The position numbers were made by a program, and so were the translations under genes. From sequence record OZ035788.1: a stretch of DNA of 43,705 nt; one strand, 5' to 3'. Shown here one piece after another: positions 36,265-43,705 of this stretch (position 1 is its first letter; each line of letters begins with the position of its first letter). The notes beneath the pieces were generated by a model that was not told where the DNA came from, did not search any database, and saw nothing but the letters and a program-made list of their open reading frames with translations. The stretch comes from Vectrevirus T147P1.

Positions 36265-39212
36265 TGGCAATTGAGCGACAAGCAGTACAAGGTCTGCCAC
36301 AAGTGCAGGCCACTTCTCCTAATGTCATGACCTTTGCACCTCAGCGAGTTGGAGGTGTGGAGGCTGGCGTAGCTTCTACCTCCGGTAGTCGATTTATCGA
36401 AGACCTTATTCGAGCAGCCAGTAGTGTAGCTGATGTAACCACTGGTATCCTTAATCAAAAGATTGAGGAAGATAAGGTTGTTCAAATGGAACGGGCATAT
36501 AACGGATTAATGCCTTCTGAGGATGCAACTCGTGGTGGCGCTCGTGCTAACATGCTTGTCAAAGCTCAACTGCTAGCTAATGATGAAGCAGCACGAATGA
36601 AAGACATGGCTACTCGTTTCCAAGGAACGGATGACGAGTGGACACAACTTATGGTTGACTCTCGTAATGAGATGCAGAATAAGCTGTTCCAGCAATACCC
36701 TGAGTTGCAAGGTGACAAAGATACTATGCGTATGGTCACTAATGTCTTCCAAGAACAGCAGCCTCAGATTTGGGCTACACGAACCAAGCATAAACTTGAC
36801 CGTGAACAAGCAGACCGTGAGGATACCTTTGACGGGCGAGTGGCTTCTACTTGGGATTCTAATATTGACCCTGAAGCCTCTGGTTATGCTTTACAGGAAC
36901 GAATCCGCGAAGGTCTTACTCAAGGATTACTACCCGAACAGATGCACAAGAAGTTAGTCCAGCGAGCAATTTCACTTGCACAAGGCGGTGATGTTAGCAT
37001 GGCTGAAGCCCTGAAGTATGTGAAGGACGATAAGGGTGTTTCTGTTTATGCTAAGAATCCACAGCTTATCACAGCCATCACTAGTGGTAATGCAGTTTGG
37101 GCTAGGAATAATGTAGCTGATGTAACTCGTATGTCTTTCGAAGTTAAAGAATCCTACCTTGCAGGTGATTTAACTGATGAAGAATTGTTGGAACGAGCAC
37201 AGCACATTAATAATCTGACAGGTAACTCTGTCTTCTCTAATCCAGAACTAGAGGCACTGATGCGCCAACGGGCTAAGCAGAATGCAGAGCTAGGTGCAAT
37301 GCAGGATATGCGACGTGAGCTTTACTCCGACCGCCTGACTGGCTTCCAAGGTAAGAGTGATAAAGAGAAGAAGGCTTACATTGATGTTATCAAACGGGAT
37401 AGCCAACTTTATGCAGACCAGCAAATCAAACAACGTGGCTTGGACCCTTACAGTCAAGAGGCTGAAGCTATTCGTGGTGCAGTGGAAGTGCAGCGTCTGC
37501 AATTCATGAATTCTAAAGGCTTAGTGGATGATACCTTTGAGTCTCGTATCAAAGCCATGGAATCTATGCTATCGCCTGAGCACTTTGCCAAGGGCGAACC
37601 ACAGGAGTTGATGACTATTCGCCAGTTGTGGGAACAGTTGCCAGAAGAGAGCCGAGGTGTCTTTGGTGACACGGTGAATGGCTACATGGATAACTACAAC
37701 ACTGCACTACAAATGGGAGAGACACCTTTGCAGGCTGCAAGGTTTGCGCGTGAAGCACAGCAGAAATTCTCTCGTACTGAGAAGGAAACCAAGAAGTTCA
37801 ACTCAGCTATTGGAGATGCACTGGATGAGGTATCTGGTGCTGGCTGGTTTGATGGTAAAACCGAAGTGTCAGACTTAGGTAAAGCTATTGCGGAAGAAGA
37901 GTTACGAGCTAAGGCCAATATGTTGTGGTCTAGTGGTATGCGTAACATGGATTCTATCAAGAAGGCTTTAATTACTTGGGGCAATAAACGCTACACTCAA
38001 ACAGAGGATGCAAAGACTTCCGGTGGCTATTTCATTAAAGGTGATTACACTTCTGCATCTGATATGCTTATGTCAGTTGGGAAAGGCGTAAACCCTACCG
38101 ATGTGCCTCTGGCGCTTGGTAGGTATGTAGAAACACAGATGCCAGAATTGAAGAAGGAGCTTCAAGAGTGGGAAACTAAAGATGATATATACATTGATTA
38201 CAATGAACAGAAAGGAACTTTTGTGATTCGTGCTGGTGCAGCAGGTCGCCCTCTTTCTGGAGTAATCCCTGTAACCTCTTTAGATACTACTTCACTACTA
38301 GATTCTGCCTATCAGAAGAAAGTAGAGGAACGAGATAAAGGCGAGTATGTTCACCCGTATCGTACAGATATTGGTGCACAAGAGCCTATGCCGGCTAAAC
38401 CAACTGCCAAAGATATTGGTAAATTTGGACTAGCTAACTTCCTCATGTCTTCTGCTTTTGCTTCTGGTGAGAATCTGCCTTCTAACTTCGAGATTAACTA
38501 TCGAGGTAATATGCAACAATTCTATGACAAGCTAGCTATGGATGAGAATAAAGATAAAGTTGGCTTTAATAAGGCAACTGGAACCTTTACTCCATATAAA
38601 GACGCTCACGGTGAGTCTATCGGTTACGGTCATTTCTTAACGGAAGAAGAGAAGCGAAACGGGTATATTAAGATTGGCGATGAACTAGTTCCCTATCGAG
38701 GGTCTATGTCTCAGCTTACAGAGAGCAAGGCTCGCGCTCTTATGGAGCAAGATGCTAAGAAGCATGTGCCTCCTACTCGTGACTGGAAGATTCCGTTTGA
38801 CCAGATGCATCCTGCACAGCAACGTGGCTTGATGGATTTAACCTACAATTTAGGTAAAGGTGGAATCCAGAACTCACCGCGTGCTCTTGCTGCATTCAAA
38901 GCTGGTAAGCTTACGGAAGGCTTTATCGAAATGCTGGGCACTGCATCAAGTGAAGGTAAGCGTATTCCTGGCCTACTGAAGCGACGCGCTGAGGCATACA
39001 ATATGGCATCTGCTGGTGGTGTGCCTAAGATTACCGAAGTGGAGACTCGTGAAGATGGCTCCATGTGGGTTAGGTTTGGTGGACCTATGCCAGCAGGTTC
39101 TGTCTCGGCATGGACTCATAAACGTATTGGCGCGGATGGTTGGTATCAGGTTTATGAGGCTGCACCTACCAAGTTAGCTAAAGGTTCTAAGGTAGGTAAA
39201 GTTAAGTTGTAG
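36264..39212 (+). CDS. internal virion protein with C-terminal lysozyme-like domain
   Basis: 982 aa; C-terminal segment HGESIGYGHFLTEEEK...DLTYNLGKGG resembles the T4-lysozyme-type muramidase fold; position of T7 gp15. Confidence 0.8.
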   Translation: MAIERQAVQGLPQVQATSPNVMTFAPQRVGGVEAGVASTSGSRFIEDLIRAASSVADVTTGILNQKIEEDKVVQMERAYNGLMPSEDATRGGARANMLVKAQLLANDEAARMKDMATRFQGTDDEWTQLMVDSRNEMQNKLFQQYPELQGDKDTMRMVTNVFQEQQPQIWATRTKHKLDREQADREDTFDGRVASTWDSNIDPEASGYALQERIREGLTQGLLPEQMHKKLVQRAISLAQGGDVSMAEALKYVKDDKGVSVYAKNPQLITAITSGNAVWARNNVADVTRMSFEVKESYLAGDLTDEELLERAQHINNLTGNSVFSNPELEALMRQRAKQNAELGAMQDMRRELYSDRLTGFQGKSDKEKKAYIDVIKRDSQLYADQQIKQRGLDPYSQEAEAIRGAVEVQRLQFMNSKGLVDDTFESRIKAMESMLSPEHFAKGEPQELMTIRQLWEQLPEESRGVFGDTVNGYMDNYNTALQMGETPLQAARFAREAQQKFSRTEKETKKFNSAIGDALDEVSGAGWFDGKTEVSDLGKAIAEEELRAKANMLWSSGMRNMDSIKKALITWGNKRYTQTEDAKTSGGYFIKGDYTSASDMLMSVGKGVNPTDVPLALGRYVETQMPELKKELQEWETKDDIYIDYNEQKGTFVIRAGAAGRPLSGVIPVTSLDTTSLLDSAYQKKVEERDKGEYVHPYRTDIGAQEPMPAKPTAKDIGKFGLANFLMSSAFASGENLPSNFEINYRGNMQQFYDKLAMDENKDKVGFNKATGTFTPYKDAHGESIGYGHFLTEEEKRNGYIKIGDELVPYRGSMSQLTESKARALMEQDAKKHVPPTRDWKIPFDQMHPAQQRGLMDLTYNLGKGGIQNSPRALAAFKAGKLTEGFIEMLGTASSEGKRIPGLLKRRAEAYNMASAGGVPKITEVETREDGSMWVRFGGPMPAGSVSAWTHKRIGADGWYQVYEAAPTKLAKGSKVGKVKL

Positions 39213-39229
39213 TACCTAACTCAAGGCTT

Positions 39230-39245
39230 GTCTCACATGTGAGAC
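39230..39245. repeat. 16-bp palindrome GTCTCACATGTGAGAC (copy 6)
   Basis: Extended inverted repeat GGCTTGTCTCACA / TGTGAGACAGGTC between two internal virion protein genes. Confidence 0.8.
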
Positions 39246-39276
39246 AGGTCTTTATGATAGGCACTATGGAGGAATT

Positions 39277-42200
39277 ATGGAACAAGACATTAAGACTAAT
39301 TGGGCTGGATATGTCCAGTCTACTCCTGAGCCGTTTTCTATTGAGGCGGCTCCGGTATCGGCTCCTACGATACGCCAGCGTAATGAGTTACAAGAGCAAG
39401 TTCTTGAAGCTAAAGCTGACGCTGATATTTTAGGTGCTGTAGGTGCTGCCTTCCAGAATGAGTGGTTGGCATTCGGAGGCAAGCGGTGGTATGACCGTGC
39501 CACTGCTGATTTCACACCTCAACCAGACTTTGAGATACAACCTGAGCAACGTGAAGCACTACGTTTCAAATATGGTACGGATATGATGCAGACAATCACG
39601 GAGGGTGTTCGTTCTGAGGATGAATTGAACTTCCGTATTCAGAATGCTGATGAAGACCTTGAGCGCAATAAGCGCATTGCTCAGGCTGGCTGGGTTGGCT
39701 CTGTGGCGACGATTGGCGCTGCTGTGCTTGACCCTGTGGGATGGGTTGCCTCTATTCCAACCGGCGGTGCCGCTAAAGTTGGACTCGTAGGCCGTGCTGT
39801 GCGTGGCGCTATCGCCGCTGGCGTAAGTAATGCCGCTATTGAATCCGTATTGGTCCAAGGTGACATGACTCGTGATTTAGATGACATTATGGTAGCACTA
39901 GGCTCCGGTATGGCTATGGGTGGCGTTATTGGCGCTGTAGCGCGTGGTAGGGCCACTAAGCTCAGTGAGCAAGGGGATGACAGGGCTGCGAGCATTGTGC
40001 GCAGTGCAGACGCAGGGGACCGCTATGTGCGTGCTGTTGCTGATGATAGTATTGGTGCGATGCGTGTTAAGGGTGAAGAGGTACTCACTGAGGGTGCATT
40101 TGATATCTCTAGCAAAGGTGAAGATTTGCTGAAAACCCTACAGCGGGAAGGTAATGCAATTGATATGACCCCTCGCCGCTGGGCCGGAACTCTGTCTGCC
40201 CTTGGTACTGTCGTACATTCCTCTCAGGATGCAAGTGTACGCGGCCTTGGTGCTCGCCTGTTTGAGTCCCCCCAAGGCTTAGGTATGCAGAAGGCATCTG
40301 CTAGTCTCATGCAGAATACTAACTTGAACCGTCTGAAATCTGCTGATATGAATCGTTTCAACGATGGGGTCGATTTATGGCTCAAAGAGAATAATATCAA
40401 CCCGGTTGCAGGTCATACTAACTCTCACTATGTGCAGCAATATAATGAGAAGGTATGGGAAGCTGTACGCATCGGTATGGATGAGTCTACGCCTAAGTCT
40501 ATCCGTATGGCAGCAGAAGGGCAGCAAGCTATGTATCGTGAAGCATTAGCATTACGTCAACGCTCTGGTGAAGCTGGGTTTGAAAAGGTTAAAGCAGATG
40601 ATAAGTACATGCCTGATATTTTTGACAGTATGAAGGCTCGTCGTCAGTTCAGTATGCACGATAAAGAGGACATCATTGAGTTATTCTCTCGTGCATACCA
40701 GAATGGCTCTCGTAAGGTTCCAAAGGAAGTGGCTGATGATATTGCACGAGCACAAGTAAACCGCGTTGCTGATGCCACCTTGACCGGACAGCTTAGCTTT
40801 GAAAAGGCTATGTCTGGTCAAACCAAAGCAGAATATGAAGCACTCATGCGCAAAGCAGGCTTTAGTGATGAAGAGATTGAAAAGATGGTAGAAGCTCTGG
40901 ATAATAAAGAAACCAGAGATAATATCTCTAACCGAGCTAAGATGAGTTTAGGCTTAGATGTTACTCAAGAGTACAATGGTATTCGTATGCGTGACTTTAT
41001 GAACACTAACGTGGAAGAGTTAACAGATAACTACATGAAGGAAGCGGCAGGTGGTGCTGCCTTGGCTCGTCAAGGTTTCTCTACCTATCAGGCTGCACTT
41101 AATGCAATTGATCTTGTAGAGCGAAATGCACGAAATGCAGCTAAAGATACAAAAGCACACGCACAATTTGAAGCGGAGTCGGCTAAGATCCGTCAATCAG
41201 AGCCTGATTACAAGAAGGCACAAGAGAAGATTGAAGAGTTAAAGAAGCGACTTAAATTGAAAGAGAAAGATGAAGCAGCAGGTCTGGCTATTGATGAAGA
41301 AATCCGTCAGATGCGAGAGGGGCTTCGCCTGATTATGGGTAAATCTATCGATTCAAACCCACAAGATTTGTCTACTAAAATGCTGCGTCGTGGGCGTGAC
41401 ATTACAGGCGTACTTCGCTTAGGTCAGATGGGCTTCGCACAGCTAGGTGAACTTGCTAACTTCATGGGTGAGTTTGGTATTGCTGCCACCACTATGGCTT
41501 TAGGTAAGCAATTCCGCTTCACCTCTAAGGCGTTGCGTAATGGCGATGGCTTCTTTCGAGATAAGAATTTAGCTGAGGTTGAGCGAATGGTAGGTTACAT
41601 TGGTGAAGACAACTGGCTAACAACTAAGGGTGCGCGTCCAGATGAGTTTGGTGATGTAACCACAGTGCGAGGTATGATGGCTCACTTTGACCAGTCCATG
41701 AACTCTATACGACGTGCTCAGACAAACCTATCCCTCTTCCGCATGGCACAGGGTTCTCTAGAGCGAATGACCAATAGGCAAATAGCTTTGTCTTTCATTG
41801 ACCACCTTGAAGGCAAGAAGATTATTCCTCAGAAGAAACTGGAGGAACTTGGTCTTACTCAGGAGTTCATGACTAACCTACAGAAGCACTATGATGCTAA
41901 CTCTAAGGGTTCTGGCTTGCTTGGCTTTGATACAATGCCTTATGCCATGGGTGAAACTTTAGCTAATGCTATTCGTCGTAAGTCAGGTCTAATTATCCAA
42001 CGTAACTTCATTGGTGATGAAGGTATCTGGATGAACAAAGCACTAGGTAAGACATTTGCACAGCTTAAGTCATTTTCTCTTGTATCTGGTGAGAAGCAAT
42101 TTGGTCGAGGGATTCGCCACGATAAGATTGGTCTAGCTAAGAAGACAGCCTTTGGCTTTGCTTTGGGTTCGATGGTGTATGCAGCGAAAGCCTATGTGAA

Positions 42201-42585
42201 CTCTATTGGACGAGAAGACCAAGATGAATATCTGGAAGAGAAGTTATCGCCTAAAGGGTTGGCCTTTGGTGCAATGGGTATGATGAGTACAACTGCTGTA
42301 TTTAGTCTAGGTGGAGATTTCTTAGGTGGCCTAGGTGTTCTACCTTCTGAGTTAGTACAATCCCGTTATGAGGCTGGCTTTCAGACTAAGGGTTTGATAG
42401 ACCAAATACCACTAGTAGGTGTTGGTCAAGATGCATATCGTTTAGCAGATTCTATAACTAAATATGCAGAGGGTGATACAGAAGGTGTAGATGTGGCACG
42501 TAGGGCTTTACGCTTAGTGCCTCTGACTAATGTAATAGGAATCCAGAACGCATTGCGTTATGGCTTAGATGAACTGGAGGATTGA
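39277..42585 (+). CDS. large internal virion protein (gp16-like)
   Basis: 1102 aa; GGAGG RBS; largest structural ORF, position as T7 gp16. Confidence 0.8.
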   Translation: MEQDIKTNWAGYVQSTPEPFSIEAAPVSAPTIRQRNELQEQVLEAKADADILGAVGAAFQNEWLAFGGKRWYDRATADFTPQPDFEIQPEQREALRFKYGTDMMQTITEGVRSEDELNFRIQNADEDLERNKRIAQAGWVGSVATIGAAVLDPVGWVASIPTGGAAKVGLVGRAVRGAIAAGVSNAAIESVLVQGDMTRDLDDIMVALGSGMAMGGVIGAVARGRATKLSEQGDDRAASIVRSADAGDRYVRAVADDSIGAMRVKGEEVLTEGAFDISSKGEDLLKTLQREGNAIDMTPRRWAGTLSALGTVVHSSQDASVRGLGARLFESPQGLGMQKASASLMQNTNLNRLKSADMNRFNDGVDLWLKENNINPVAGHTNSHYVQQYNEKVWEAVRIGMDESTPKSIRMAAEGQQAMYREALALRQRSGEAGFEKVKADDKYMPDIFDSMKARRQFSMHDKEDIIELFSRAYQNGSRKVPKEVADDIARAQVNRVADATLTGQLSFEKAMSGQTKAEYEALMRKAGFSDEEIEKMVEALDNKETRDNISNRAKMSLGLDVTQEYNGIRMRDFMNTNVEELTDNYMKEAAGGAALARQGFSTYQAALNAIDLVERNARNAAKDTKAHAQFEAESAKIRQSEPDYKKAQEKIEELKKRLKLKEKDEAAGLAIDEEIRQMREGLRLIMGKSIDSNPQDLSTKMLRRGRDITGVLRLGQMGFAQLGELANFMGEFGIAATTMALGKQFRFTSKALRNGDGFFRDKNLAEVERMVGYIGEDNWLTTKGARPDEFGDVTTVRGMMAHFDQSMNSIRRAQTNLSLFRMAQGSLERMTNRQIALSFIDHLEGKKIIPQKKLEELGLTQEFMTNLQKHYDANSKGSGLLGFDTMPYAMGETLANAIRRKSGLIIQRNFIGDEGIWMNKALGKTFAQLKSFSLVSGEKQFGRGIRHDKIGLAKKTAFGFALGSMVYAAKAYVNSIGREDQDEYLEEKLSPKGLAFGAMGMMSTTAVFSLGGDFLGGLGVLPSELVQSRYEAGFQTKGLIDQIPLVGVGQDAYRLADSITKYAEGDTEGVDVARRALRLVPLTNVIGIQNALRYGLDELED

Positions 42586-43547
42586 TGAGTTATACTTTCA
42601 CAGAACATATAGCCAACGGTACGCAAGTAACCTATCCCTTTAGATTTGCTGGCAGGGATAAAGGCTATCTTCGTGCCTCAGATGTGATAGTGGAATCTCT
42701 TCAAGGTAACACTTGGATTGAGGTTACATCTGGCTGGCAATTAACTGGTACGCATCAAATCACTTTTGATGTAGCACCTGTTGCAGGTTTGAAGTTCCGT
42801 ATTCGAAGGGAAGTACAAAAGGAATATCCATACGCTGAGTTTGACCGTGGTGTTACCTTGGATATGAAGTCTTTAAATGGCTCTTTCATTCATATACTGG
42901 AGATTACACAGGAGTTACTTGATGGGTTTTATCCAGAAGGATACTTCATTAAACAGAATGTAAGCTGGGGCGGCAATAAGATTACTGATTTGGCTGATGG
43001 CACAAATCCGGGAGATGCAGTAAATAAGGGGCAGCTTGATGCCATCGACAAGAAGCATACAGATTGGAACGCCAAACAGGACATTGAGATTGCTGGCCTT
43101 AAGGCTGGTATGACTTCTGGTATTGCGCACAGAACTGTTCCTTGGTACACGATAGCCCAAGGTGGTGAGATTTCCGTAAAACCACCTTATGAATTTCAAG
43201 ATGCACTAGTTTTCCTTAATGGGGTATTGCAGCACCAAATTGTAGGCGCATACTCTATAAGCAACAACACTATCACTTTCGCAGAGCCGCTTGTGGCTGG
43301 TACAGAGGTGTATGTGTTGATTGGTAGTCGTGTGGCTACATCTGAACCTAATATTCAGTTAGAGTTGAACTTTGACTTAGTAGAAGGCCAACAAGTAGTA
43401 CAGATTGGCTCTGCATTTAAGTACATTGAGGTCTACCTTGATGGATTATTACAACCTAAACTTGCTTATCAGGTAGACGGTGACATTGTTACTTTCTCAG
43501 AGGGAGTGCCAGAATGCCGGATGACTGCTAAGATTATCACAGAATAA
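42585..43547 (+). CDS. tail fiber N-terminal-domain-like tailspike adaptor
   Basis: About 320 aa; TGATG coupling (ORF opens at 42582); TYPFRFAGRDKGYLRASDV...GNKITDLADGTNPGDAVNKGQLD resembles the tail-binding N-terminal domain of T7 gp17 and lacks a receptor-binding C-terminus. Confidence 0.75.
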   Translation: MSYTFTEHIANGTQVTYPFRFAGRDKGYLRASDVIVESLQGNTWIEVTSGWQLTGTHQITFDVAPVAGLKFRIRREVQKEYPYAEFDRGVTLDMKSLNGSFIHILEITQELLDGFYPEGYFIKQNVSWGGNKITDLADGTNPGDAVNKGQLDAIDKKHTDWNAKQDIEIAGLKAGMTSGIAHRTVPWYTIAQGGEISVKPPYEFQDALVFLNGVLQHQIVGAYSISNNTITFAEPLVAGTEVYVLIGSRVATSEPNIQLELNFDLVEGQQVVQIGSAFKYIEVYLDGLLQPKLAYQVDGDIVTFSEGVPECRMTAKIITE

Positions 43548-43556
43548 GGAGGTGGG

Positions 43557-43705
43557 ATGATTAACTCCGAACTGGTAGATAGTGGTGTGAAGCTTGCGCC
43601 ACCTGCACTCGTATCAGGTGGGTACTTCCTCGGTATCAGTTGGGATAATTGGGTGTTAATAGCAACATTCATTTATACCGTGTTGCAAATTGGGGACTGG
43701 TTTTA
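43557..43705 (+). CDS. class II holin (T7 gp17.5-like), 3' end runs off the window
   Basis: AGGAGG RBS; one TMD (VLIATFIYTVLQIG) resembling T7 gp17.5; reading continues in frame into bases 1-46 of the window if the ends are joined. Confidence 0.65.
   Translation, partial: MINSELVDSGVKLAPPALVSGGYFLGISWDNWVLIATFIYTVLQIGDWF

Noticed and set aside
1-43705. Prophage or temperate lifestyle
   Set aside because: No integrase, repressor, attachment-site-like tRNA or flanking bacterial genes; single-strand T7-like organisation indicates a virulent phage.

Overview
The window reads as an essentially complete, circularly permuted genome of a lytic SP6-like (T7-supergroup) podophage of an enterobacterial host. 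All convincing genes are on the + strand. Order: small and large terminase; a lysis cassette and two beta-helix tailspikes; a non-coding block that looks like the physical genome ends (about 7.85-8.8 kb); early genes including a clear Ocr homolog; a single-subunit RNA polymerase that I recognise from memory as very close to SP6 RNAP; the replication module (primase/helicase, DNA polymerase, exonuclease, endonuclease VII, ligase); then portal, scaffold, capsid, tail tube, internal virion proteins, tailspike adaptor and a holin that runs off the window end. Thirteen phage-RNAP promoters share the consensus ATTTAC(T/C)GGACACTATAGAAG, which differs from the canonical SP6 promoter at about -12 to -10. 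Unexplained by the gene map: a 16-bp palindrome GTCTCAC-NN-GTGAGAC in six intergenic copies plus one degenerate copy, a shared AT-rich element downstream of three promoters, and a CTCTTTAACAAT 12-mer in three early intergenic regions. Protein identities are from motif recognition and recalled reference sequences; no searches were run. No tRNA, integrase or CRISPR was seen.
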